From contig JAKAMH010000001.1 of the NCBI GenBank assembly GCA_021813005.1, forward strand, positions 1 to 32,311: a stretch of 32,311 nucleotides of DNA, read 5' to 3'. The position numbers and the translations under genes are program-made. The stretch comes from a bacterium (GTDB taxonomy: Bacteria; Patescibacteriota; Microgenomatia; Levybacterales; UBA12049). Each line of letters starts with the position of its first letter. Position 1 is the first letter of the stretch. The notes below the pieces were generated by a model. It ran no database searches, was not told the DNA's origin, and worked only from the letters and a program-made list of their open reading frames with translations. This document shows positions 16,514-24,251 of this stretch, piece by piece.

Positions 16514-17839
16514 ATGCAGATGCTCAAAAAGACTGACCCGCAAGTTTATAGCCTCATTAGGGAGGAGGCAAAGCGGCAAAAAGAAGTCCTTGAGATGATC
16601 CCCTCGGAAAATTACACCTCGACTTCAGTTCTTGAAGCTCTCGGCACTGTCCTCAACAATAAATATTCGGAGGGATATCCCAAGAAGCGCTACTATCAGG
16701 GCAATGTTGTTGCCGACAAAGTTGAGACCCTTGCCCAGGAGAGGGCTAAGAAACTCTTTGGTGTGCCGTATGTCAATGTCCAGGCCCTGTCAGGCTCCGT
16801 GATGAATCTGGCGGTTTACTTTGCCCTGCTTGAGCCCGTACGCGGCAAGATCATGGGGATGTCTCTGGCGTTTGGTGGTCATCTGACACACGGGCAACCG
16901 CAATCAGCCACCGGCAAGTTCTTCCGGTCGGTGCTCTACACGCTTGGTAAGGACGGCAAGCTTGACTTTGAGGCGATTGAAAAACAGGCCATGCGTGAGA
17001 AGCCGGATATCATCGTCTGTGGCTTTACTGCCTATCCGCGCCTGATTGATTTTAAGAAGTTCGGAGTAATTGCCGATAAGGTCGGTGCCTACCTACTGGC
17101 AGATATCTCACACATCGCCGGGCTGGTAGTAGGCGGTGCGCACCCCTCTCCCGCGGCGTACGCGCATATCGTGACCACCACTACCCATAAGACGCTGCGG
17201 GGGCCGCGCGGCGCGCTCATCATGGTGACTGAGAAGGGGCTCAAGAAAGATCCGGAGCTGGGCCGGAAGATTGATATGGCAATCATCCCCGGACTTCAGG
17301 GCGGGCCGCATGACAACCAGACGGCCGCGATTGCCGTCTCTCTCCGGGAAGCAGGCAAGCCGGCGTTTAAAAAGTACGCAGAGCAGATCGTTGCCAACAG
17401 CAAAGCGCTCGCCAAAGAACTGACAGGGTATGGCTTTGATCTCGTCTCAGGCGGATCAGACAACCATCTCATCTTAATTGACCTGAAGAATAAAGGCGTC
17501 AACGGCGCGGTGGCAGCACTGGCACTTGAGGTGGCCAATATCATTCTCAATAAAAATGGCGTGCCTTTTGACACTATGCCGCCCTTCTACCCGTCAGGCA
17601 TCAGGCTGGGGACGCCTGCCATCACGACCCGCGGACTTAAAGAGCGGGACATGGTAAAGATTGCCGGTTGGATGAATAGCGTGATTGAGGAAGTCCGAAA
17701 TATCGAGCTTCCCAAAGACAAAGAAAAGCGTACGGAAGTCTGGCGTGATTTCCGGCGTGAAGTCGTCAAGAACAAGAAACTTCTGGCAATTGCCAAAGAA
17801 GTTAAGAGTTTCGCTACCAAATTCCCCGTTCCTGCCTGA
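16514..17839 (+). CDS. glyA: Serine hydroxymethyltransferase
   Basis: LEMIPSENYTS, YSEGYPKKRYYQG and the PLP-lysine block VTTTTHKTLRGPRG. Confidence 0.95.
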   Translation: MQMLKKTDPQVYSLIREEAKRQKEVLEMIPSENYTSTSVLEALGTVLNNKYSEGYPKKRYYQGNVVADKVETLAQERAKKLFGVPYVNVQALSGSVMNLAVYFALLEPVRGKIMGMSLAFGGHLTHGQPQSATGKFFRSVLYTLGKDGKLDFEAIEKQAMREKPDIIVCGFTAYPRLIDFKKFGVIADKVGAYLLADISHIAGLVVGGAHPSPAAYAHIVTTTTHKTLRGPRGALIMVTEKGLKKDPELGRKIDMAIIPGLQGGPHDNQTAAIAVSLREAGKPAFKKYAEQIVANSKALAKELTGYGFDLVSGGSDNHLILIDLKNKGVNGAVAALALEVANIILNKNGVPFDTMPPFYPSGIRLGTPAITTRGLKERDMVKIAGWMNSVIEEVRNIELPKDKEKRTEVWRDFRREVVKNKKLLAIAKEVKSFATKFPVPA

Positions 17840-17842
17840 CGC

Positions 17843-17860
17843 TTGCCTGCCGGCAGGCAG
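17843..17860 (+). terminator. GC-rich palindromic hairpin after glyA (TTGCCTGCCGGCAGGCAG)
   Basis: Read directly, 4 nt after the glyA stop. No U-tract follows, so a terminator function is uncertain. Confidence 0.25.
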
Positions 17861-17871
17861 TCCTGCCGGAC

Positions 17872-17899
17872 TTGCATAACCTCAGCAATTTGATACAAT
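17872..17899 (+). promoter_or_regulatory. Sigma70-type promoter TTGCAT-16-TACAAT
   Basis: Read directly. The -10 ends 7 nt before the ATG at 17907, so the mRNA would be leaderless. Confidence 0.5.
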
Positions 17900-17906
17900 A
17901 TAGGAC

Positions 17907-18350
17907 ATGCAACACTTTGAACGTCGTAACAGATACGTTGACCGGGTACTGGCCCGTGAGGCGGCACAAGCAATCAATGCCGGTGTAGGAGTAGTGGAAG
18001 CTGCGGAAGGGTTGGAGAAATATCCGCACTTACCTCCGGTAGATACCAGAGGCATAGCCAGGCGCACACCGAGAAGCGTTAAAGCGTATTATCCCAAGCC
18101 GGGCAGTAAAGTTATGCAAGGCTTCGTTGAGGCATGTATCGCGGACGCTGAGGAGGATATCGCGAGAAAAGCCGCCGCTACTCTGGTCGATAGAGAGAAA
18201 CGTACCTTGTTTCAAGTGCAAAGAGGAATTTTTATGCAGAGAATGCAAGTCCCAATGACTCTAGCTTATGAACGTTACTTGAGAAGAGTAGACGGGAATG
18301 TATATCAAAGGGCGGTGGATCAGCTGAAAAAAGACGGCTGGGACTTCTGA
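17907..18350 (+). CDS. Hypothetical protein
   Basis: 147-aa ORF with its own promoter and no recognisable motif. Confidence 0.5.
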   Translation: MQHFERRNRYVDRVLAREAAQAINAGVGVVEAAEGLEKYPHLPPVDTRGIARRTPRSVKAYYPKPGSKVMQGFVEACIADAEEDIARKAAATLVDREKRTLFQVQRGIFMQRMQVPMTLAYERYLRRVDGNVYQRAVDQLKKDGWDF

Positions 18351-18368
18351 GTTTCCTCCTTAACCCAG

Positions 18369-19226
18369 TTACTCGCATACCTTGGTTGAGATTGTTTCGA
18401 AAATCTTCGGGAGATCAATTGCAGAAAATGTCTCATAATAGTATGTACTGAGCGGCTTTGACGAGACATCCTGAAATAGCTGCTCCTCATATGGGAGCAA
18501 GATATCATCTTTCTGACTTAAAATTGCTATACTAAAAATTTTTACTCCCTTATCTTTAATTGCCTGGGCTATGTTAGGTGGTATACGCGGGTCTTCTGAT
18601 CGTGCAAAACATGCCTGCATGTACTGAAATTCACAATTACCCGTTGCCTGATCCTGTAGGTTCTCCGGAAACCCGTCTGATATAAAAATAAGCGCAAATT
18701 TGTGACCGGCAAATTTGCTTAGTCCTATAGCATCGGTTAATTTTTGCTCTGCAAGAGAAAATGCATCGCGTGTCGAAGTCATGCCATTTGCTTGGAGGCT
18801 CGCAACAAAGGGTAATATTTTACTTTTGTTGTTCTTGTAGTAGTCTATGTCAGCAACATTGGAGGTGTCTGTGCTAAATCGTTGCATGCCGACAATAGAA
18901 TTATCCTTGAGCTTCCCAAGGAATAAATTAAGCGCTTCTTTGAGTTTGGTTAGCTTGTCAGTGTATCGCATAGAGCCTGAGGTATCGACAAGGAAATCGA
19001 CAGCCATGGATTGCTGACAGTCTTTGACGCCAAATGTCTCAAGCTGGAGGTTGTTACGCGCTGAGGATGTCGCCACTTCGTATACCTGGCTTCCGGCGGG
19101 TGCGGCGCTATCCGGTATCACTTTACTTATCGGGATAATGCCGCCGGTGAGCGTCATCGCGGCAAGTGTCAGAAGCAGGATGATGAGCAAGACATAGAGA
19201 AGGCCAGTGCTGAGTTTTCCGGACAT
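18369..19226 (-). CDS. Membrane-anchored von Willebrand factor A (vWA) domain protein
   Basis: MIDAS motif DFLVDTSGSMRY and an N-terminal TM (LLYVLLIILLLTLAAMTL). The ATG at 19226 (MSGKLST) is preferred over the TTG at 19262 used in the track. Confidence 0.75.
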   Translation of the reverse strand: MSGKLSTGLLYVLLIILLLTLAAMTLTGGIIPISKVIPDSAAPAGSQVYEVATSSARNNLQLETFGVKDCQQSMAVDFLVDTSGSMRYTDKLTKLKEALNLFLGKLKDNSIVGMQRFSTDTSNVADIDYYKNNKSKILPFVASLQANGMTSTRDAFSLAEQKLTDAIGLSKFAGHKFALIFISDGFPENLQDQATGNCEFQYMQACFARSEDPRIPPNIAQAIKDKGVKIFSIAILSQKDDILLPYEEQLFQDVSSKPLSTYYYETFSAIDLPKIFETISTKVCE

Positions 19227-19275
19227 ACTTTTAGCGTAATGGACAAGGACACACGCTGTCAATTATACTAAGTCC

Positions 19276-19944
19276 ATGGATGATCATCCTTTTGCGCATC
19301 TTGGCAGCTGGCGCGTGGTCGTTATCATAGGGGGAATCATTGCAGTCATCTTGTTCCTCTCATTTCTTCTGACCGCCTTTAGTTCCGGTGAGAATAGGAC
19401 GCAGAATACGGGAGTACAAAATGCCGGTCTACCCGGCTCCTCCAATGTTGTTATTCCAACCTCATCACAGCCGTACGTTGCCAGTATCAATGGTGGTGCC
19501 GAGCAGTACCGGGGGAATACCTTCTCCGTTTTGTATCCGTCCTCCTGGAATGTGGGTGAGTCCGAATCGCTGGGGAGCATGGTAACGACATTTGGGGAAG
19601 ATACAGGATCAAACAGCGCCTCGCCGCAACTTATTGTCTCGACGCTTGCCAAAACATCTGCTACATACTCACTTCTGGATGGGAAAGAGGCGCTTCGTCT
19701 CAGCGGGTATCAGGAGAGCACGGTGAAGGTGGACGGGATACAGGCAGATCAGCTCACCGGAGTCTACCCGCCGAAGAGCATGCAAAGCCAGACAAGCAGT
19801 GATCAACTTTTCTGGCAAACAAATATTTATTTAACGAAGGGAAGTACTGAGTATGTGATTCGCTATGTTTATCCCGGGAACAAGAAAGACGAAAATTATG
19901 AAAAGCTTTTTACAAGTATGCTTTCCACGATCCGGCTCTACTAA
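19276..19944 (+). CDS. Hypothetical membrane-anchored protein, cassette gene A1
   Basis: 222-aa ORF with an N-terminal TM (VVVIIGGIIAVILFLSFLLTAF). It is a paralog of 21264-21887 (shared LSFLLT and (F/L)S(V/L)(L/R)YPS.W blocks). Confidence 0.65.
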   Translation: MDDHPFAHLGSWRVVVIIGGIIAVILFLSFLLTAFSSGENRTQNTGVQNAGLPGSSNVVIPTSSQPYVASINGGAEQYRGNTFSVLYPSSWNVGESESLGSMVTTFGEDTGSNSASPQLIVSTLAKTSATYSLLDGKEALRLSGYQESTVKVDGIQADQLTGVYPPKSMQSQTSSDQLFWQTNIYLTKGSTEYVIRYVYPGNKKDENYEKLFTSMLSTIRLY

Positions 19945-21023
19945 TAACCTATTGTACCGCCCCACTCAACAGCGGTGAACCCCCGTCTCTCAGGAGGATT
20001 GGGAAGCACCAAGGGTGCGACAGGTGCCACATCCGTCTGAAGCGGTCTGAAATAGACAAGAAATTCGATCATCGTGTCAGGTTTGGGAGTAATCTCTATA
20101 TGATCAATCCGTTCTTTTTCGGCGGGATCTATGATGGAGAAAAGAATATACGGCGTGTGTAAGTCTTCAAGTTTTGGCAACCAGTAATCCAGGAATTCCT
20201 GTTGTTCTTTATGTAAAAGTCCGAGGCGCGAAGTAAGTGTCGTAAGTTTCGTTTGAAGATCTGAAACGGGAATGACTACACCTGTACTCGGCGCTTTAAC
20301 TCCCCCTACAGCCGATTCATAATAAAGCTCATGGTACACGGAATTTTGGTAGGTAAGTGTGCCGCCAGGAGATGCTAATACGTTCTGCCAGCCATTCTCA
20401 GGGTAGGTGGGGATACTCTCGGTGATAATTCCCGGAATTTTAAGTGAAACGTTGACATACGTTGGCTTGGTTGGGTAGAGGTAGATAACTGGCTTCCCGA
20501 CAGTACATCCCAGGCCTTGGGCAGCTGTTTGAGTAGTTTCAATTAGACAGTGGCGTCTGGCAGCTCCTTCAGGACTTGATACATCCTTTACCGGCGGGCC
20601 ACAGTTATGACTCGCATCCTTAACTACTTGTGCTTCTTGGGCTGCGGTGCAATGGACGGGTCCTGTAGCAGGCTTTGGAGTACTTGTATCAGTATGTGGC
20701 GTGCCAAGGCCTAACTCCTCTTGACTGGTAGAATTGTTGCGAGGTGAATTCATTGGCGGAAGGTTAGGTAGAGGGACTGAGGATGATGACTGGTCGGACT
20801 GATTACCGGGTGATGTAAACTGCAATTCCTTTAGCTGCAAACTGTTCTGTGCGCCTATTGAATTGGTTTCAATAATCGGTTTATACGTGGTACCGGTTGT
20901 GACAAGCTGCGGGTTTTCCTGAGGTGCACCGCCGACCAGTTGAAAAGCGAGCATGAAAAGCACGACGAGAATAATAATGATATAGACTGTCCCGCCTTTG
21001 GTGAGTGAAATTGAGCCGAGCAT
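19941..21023 (-). CDS. Hypothetical membrane-anchored protein with conserved C-terminal domain, cassette gene B1
   Basis: 360-aa ORF with an N-terminal TM and a low-complexity linker. Its C-terminal ~190 aa are colinear with 21884-22990 (KPVIYLYP..., ESIP.YPE.GW.N.LA.P.GTL.YQN, FTAV.WGGT). Confidence 0.7.
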   Translation of the reverse strand: MLGSISLTKGGTVYIIIILVVLFMLAFQLVGGAPQENPQLVTTGTTYKPIIETNSIGAQNSLQLKELQFTSPGNQSDQSSSSVPLPNLPPMNSPRNNSTSQEELGLGTPHTDTSTPKPATGPVHCTAAQEAQVVKDASHNCGPPVKDVSSPEGAARRHCLIETTQTAAQGLGCTVGKPVIYLYPTKPTYVNVSLKIPGIITESIPTYPENGWQNVLASPGGTLTYQNSVYHELYYESAVGGVKAPSTGVVIPVSDLQTKLTTLTSRLGLLHKEQQEFLDYWLPKLEDLHTPYILFSIIDPAEKERIDHIEITPKPDTMIEFLVYFRPLQTDVAPVAPLVLPNPPERRGFTAVEWGGTIGY

Positions 21024-21072
21024 AGAGGTCTTTATATGAGAGTAAAAGAAAAGGGGAGTATTGTCAATCTAA

Positions 21073-21205
21073 TTAAGTATGAGTTCACTCTTCTGACACG
21101 ATTTCGTCATTGCGACCCCGCTTAGCGGGGGAAGTAATCTCCTTTCCAAAAGATCGCCACGCCCGATGATATCGCGATGACGGTGTTATATTAGAAGTGT
21201 GAACA
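21073..21205 (-). repeat. Dispersed intergenic element, copy B (inverted relative to copy A), with 12-nt terminal inverted repeats
   Basis: Its reverse complement aligns with 5487-5595. The ends GTTCACTCTTCT (21083-21094) and AGAAGTGTGAAC (21193-21204) are inverted repeats with one mismatch. It contains the hairpin module GTCATTGCGACCCCGCTTAGCGGGGGAAGTAATC. Confidence 0.75.
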
Positions 21206-21263
21206 GTTACCAAATTAAGTCAAGCCTTGCACTCAAAACAAAGAGATGAAATACTAAAACTAT

Positions 21264-21887
21264 ATGGAAGAGCAGCATACGCTTGCGCTTTTGAACAACT
21301 GGAAGGTAGTTGCAGGTATTGCAGGAGTAATCGCGGTTATTCTGTTACTTTCATTTCTCTTAACTTTAATGCAAAATAGCCGGGCCACTCAGCCATATAC
21401 TCAACCAACCCCGGCACAAAAATCTTCTCTACTTTTTCCAACCTCCTCAGTACAGGAAACTTCCGTCCCGCGCGCAGTACAGTTTTATCGAGACCATCAT
21501 CTCTCCCTTCGGTACCCGTCAGATTGGGAGGCAACAGTGCACTCAGTTGAGGGAGGAGGAGAAGTCATGAACCTTGTCCCGCCTGAGGACCGAGGCACCT
21601 CAGGATCTCTCTCTATCCAGGTAATTCCCCAAGGGGTAGCCGATATAGCTTCAATGACGAAGTTATTTCAAACCTTTGGATTTATAGCGCAAAAGAAAAT
21701 ACTTGATGGAGTTTCAGTTACCGTCTACGGAGGGAATATCCAAACACTGACGACTACCGTGCATGAGAAGGCACTACTCGGGGTGCAGGCAGGGGAGGTA
21801 TATCTGGTGAAGTATTTGGCGCCGAGTGAACGGCTGCGCGGTGAATTGGATGAAGTTTTTTCGACATTTCACTTCCTGAGTAATTAA
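21264..21887 (+). CDS. Hypothetical membrane-anchored protein, cassette gene A2
   Basis: 207-aa paralog of 19276-19944 with the same topology. Confidence 0.65.
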   Translation: MEEQHTLALLNNWKVVAGIAGVIAVILLLSFLLTLMQNSRATQPYTQPTPAQKSSLLFPTSSVQETSVPRAVQFYRDHHLSLRYPSDWEATVHSVEGGGEVMNLVPPEDRGTSGSLSIQVIPQGVADIASMTKLFQTFGFIAQKKILDGVSVTVYGGNIQTLTTTVHEKALLGVQAGEVYLVKYLAPSERLRGELDEVFSTFHFLSN

Positions 21888-22990
21888 TTATCATCGACTG
21901 TTCCTCCCCAGATGACGGCGGTAAACCCCTTCCTTTCAGGCGAATTTGGCAGTATCAGCGGAGCGACCGGAGCAAAAGGCGTCTGAAGCGGCTTGAAGTA
22001 GGCCAAAAACTCAATAGTTGTATCAGGCTTTGGCAAGATGGCTACCTTATCCATCGCTTCTTTTTGGGACGGACTGAAGACAGAAAAAAGTATGTAAGGC
22101 GCCCTGAGCGCGCGGAGCCTGGGGAGCCAGAAACCGAGAAATTCTTCTTGCTCGGACAATCTCAGACCAAGGCGAGTAGTAAAGAGGGTAAGCTTGGATT
22201 TGAGATCGGACACGGGTATGATAACGCCGGACCCCGGTGCGTGCATGTTCGTAAAACTGTCTTCGTAGAATAGCTCACGATACATCTTATTCTGATACTC
22301 CAGCGTTCCGTCCGGATGAGCGAGTATGTTCTTCCATCCGCCTTCAGGATAGCGCGGTATGCTCTCAACAATTACTCCCGCTACCTGGACTGAGACGTTG
22401 ACAAGCATGTCTTGTATTGGGTAGAGGTAAATGACCGGTTTGTATTCACAATAGACGCCGTCTTGCCTGCCCGGACAAGTACTGGCAACAGCGGGCGGGA
22501 TACCCAACCCCGTCTTGGTAATACTCTGAGCAGGATGGTCAAGGCCGGGCGGTTCGTACACCTGGGTTGCTTTACCGCCAACGCAAGTAACATTTCCTTC
22601 GGGACAGAAGCAACCACCGCTCATAGGCTGATTTGTATCTTCGGCACAGTAATTTTTGGTGGATTTAGGTGGAGCCGCGGTAGATGTCGACTGTTTCGGC
22701 TGGGGGTTAGTGGACTGCGGGGGATTTGAGGCAGGCGTTTGAGGTAACGGGACGGATGTTGGTGGGATAACAGTATTAAACTTAAGTTCTTTCAGCTGTA
22801 AATTGTTCTGTGCGCCTGTGTCGTCTGCAATACCGGCCGGTGTATATGTCGCGCCGGATATTTGCTGTAGAGCAGTGGTTGGATCAAATGTGGGGATGCC
22901 GCCGAGAATTACGGTGGCGAACATGATAACCAGCACGAGCAGAACAACCGCATAAAAAGCACCTGAGCTGAGTCTTGACTGTTTCCTCAT
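21884..22990 (-). CDS. Hypothetical membrane-anchored protein, cassette gene B2
   Basis: 368-aa paralog of 19941-21023. Its stop codon overlaps that of A2 (TTAA). Confidence 0.7.
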   Translation of the reverse strand: MRKQSRLSSGAFYAVVLLVLVIMFATVILGGIPTFDPTTALQQISGATYTPAGIADDTGAQNNLQLKELKFNTVIPPTSVPLPQTPASNPPQSTNPQPKQSTSTAAPPKSTKNYCAEDTNQPMSGGCFCPEGNVTCVGGKATQVYEPPGLDHPAQSITKTGLGIPPAVASTCPGRQDGVYCEYKPVIYLYPIQDMLVNVSVQVAGVIVESIPRYPEGGWKNILAHPDGTLEYQNKMYRELFYEDSFTNMHAPGSGVIIPVSDLKSKLTLFTTRLGLRLSEQEEFLGFWLPRLRALRAPYILFSVFSPSQKEAMDKVAILPKPDTTIEFLAYFKPLQTPFAPVAPLILPNSPERKGFTAVIWGGTVDDN

Positions 22991-23296
22991 AGAGCTAGCA
23001 TAGCAATTTTTGGGAGATCTTGCATCTGCCTTTCGGCTACAAATGTACTACTATACTTATAGTCGATGAGGGTGGTTGATATTTCAGTGGCGGGGTTGGT
23101 TCAGGTGCCAAGCGCAGCTTCGTTTTCTCCGCAATGTGCCCCTCTTGTCATCCCAGCACAATGGCCGGCTCTGGTAGACTGGGTTTTGTCCTCCATCAAA
23201 CTCCCGTGCTCAGCATCTGTCCCTCTCTCTGAACCTGCGATTAATGTTAATAACTCACCTCACGCATGTCGTTTTGATCTTACTTATAATTTGAAA

Positions 23297-23329
23297 GATT
23301 CTTCCCCCGCTAAGCGGGGTCAGAATGAC
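23297..23329 (-). repeat. Hairpin module of the dispersed element (reverse complement: GTCATTCTGACCCCGCTTAGCGGGGGAAGAATC)
   Basis: Near-identical to 21106-21139 by direct reading. Confidence 0.8.
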
Positions 23330-23365
23330 ATGCATAACCTGAGTTAATAAATAATAGTACAGTAC

Positions 23366-23397
23366 ATAACTATATTACTATATAGTAATATAGTTAT
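23366..23397. repeat. Perfect 32-nt AT-rich palindrome ATAACTATATTACTATATAGTAATATAGTTAT
   Basis: Verified base by base as its own reverse complement. Confidence 0.95.
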
Positions 23398-23586
23398 AGT
23401 TTTATTGTGAAAGAGCGGTTGTAAAGAAGGTTAGTGCATGAGCCTGCAAGAAGTGCGGAAGAGAATTCAGCTTTGCAATGGGAAATTCATCCACCTTCGC
23501 GTAGCACCAAGAGAGTTAGTTCGCGGGTCAGCCCCACTTAGCGAGGCTATGACAAGCCAAGGCGGTTTCTCCGATCAACTAGAGTT

Positions 23587-23763
23587 CAGGTCACAGACTC
23601 CCAAATGGGAGATGATGACCTGCAGGTAACTTGGAAATACCAGGTCAGGAGACCTTGAAATCTGGAGTATACTACTACATAGTAATAGACTCCAGACAGA
23701 ATGAACATATAATTGCTGAAGGTAGTTCAGGAGTGATACTGTGTACTGAGGCCGGGTCTCCTG
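23587..23763 (+). ncRNA. Candidate structured RNA segment of unknown class and uncertain strand
   Basis: Three helices were read directly. The first is a hairpin at 23587-23622 (CAGGTCA/TGACCTG plus CTCCC-AAAT-GGGAG). The second is a hairpin at 23662-23695 (CTGGAGT/ACTCCAG). The third is a 9-bp enclosing helix, CAGGAGACC 23646-23654 with GGTCTCCTG 23755-23763. The segment sits inside the 1.26-kb gap. Confidence 0.25.
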
Positions 23764-23879
23764 CGTAGTAAGCTAGGGCGGAAGATGGAGGACGAATAAC
23801 TTCATAGAAGCATACCAATCCATTACCAGTATTTCTTTCTGACCTCTACCCGGATCTCAGGCACTGTTTGCGGTTTTAT

Positions 23880-23960
23880 CACGACACCGTCATCTTGGGT
23901 TCGCCTTAGATGACAGGGGTGATCTTTTAGAGGAAAATTTTTTCCCGCCATGGCGGCGCG
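23880..23960 (+). repeat. Divergent partial copy of the dispersed element
   Basis: Shares CACGACACCGTCATC and GGTGATCTTTTAG with copies A and B but has different hairpins (GTCATCT...AGATGAC and CCCGCCATGGCGG). Confidence 0.55.
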
Positions 23961-24084
23961 CGCGCGTTGACAGAGTAGTGTCGGGAAAGTAAATTCCGCC
24001 TAAATTTCGTCACGAAGTTCCGGCATTAGATATGCCACTTTCCTGTTTTGGATGGGGTATCCCACCAGTAGCAGGAGACGCGTA

Positions 24085-24113
24085 TTGCATTTCTCGGAAG
24101 TTGAAGTTATAAT
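24085..24113 (+). promoter_or_regulatory. Sigma70-type promoter TTGCAT-17-TATAAT for rpsB
   Basis: Read directly. It lies 138 nt upstream of the rpsB ATG. Confidence 0.5.
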
Positions 24114-24251
24114 ACACTTCATTACACTCCGCATAGAGCTTACGACGGCTACATTTATTTGCCGCATGAGCGCTTATACGGGGTGAGCACGCACGCTCCA
24201 TTAAAGAATCCTGGGTAAATATCCCTAAGGGGCGGAGGTAAAAGGATTATT
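24114..24251 (+). promoter_or_regulatory. Long rpsB 5' leader (candidate S2 autoregulatory leader)
   Basis: This is the only long leader among the promoters found in the window. It contains the stem GAGCG...CGCTC, a repeated CCGCAT(A/G)AGC, and a GGAGG Shine-Dalgarno. Confidence 0.3.

Noticed and set aside
18369-23000. Prophage, integrative element or defence island around the duplicated cassette.
   Set aside because: No integrase, transposase, phage structural gene, nuclease, ATPase or other defence-type domain was recognisable. All products look like envelope proteins.
23400-23830. Possible RNase P RNA or SRP RNA. Stretches resemble GGUGAAAG..., AAAYUCCACC..AGCA..CCAA.AG, ACAAAACCCAGUCUA (minus strand near 23170-23200) and CCAGGUCAGG.
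   Set aside because: Similar short resemblances appear on both strands. The universal P4 5' strand (GAGGAAAGUCCGG) is absent on both, the candidate P4 strands do not pair, and the SRP GGAA/AGCA domain IV motif is missing. I cannot support a call without a covariance-model scan.
23956-23966. Alternating (GC) tract GCGCGCGCGCG as a Z-DNA-forming element.
   Set aside because: It is only 11 nt long and lies within a divergent copy of the dispersed element. That is too short to argue for a specific function.
23066-24201. Short ORFs 23066-23347, 23438-23629 and 24010-24201 in the large gap.
   Set aside because: They have no motifs and overlap repeat modules, hairpins and the rpsB promoter. Their composition is unlike neighbouring genes. 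I treat them as non-coding, though a small protein cannot be excluded.
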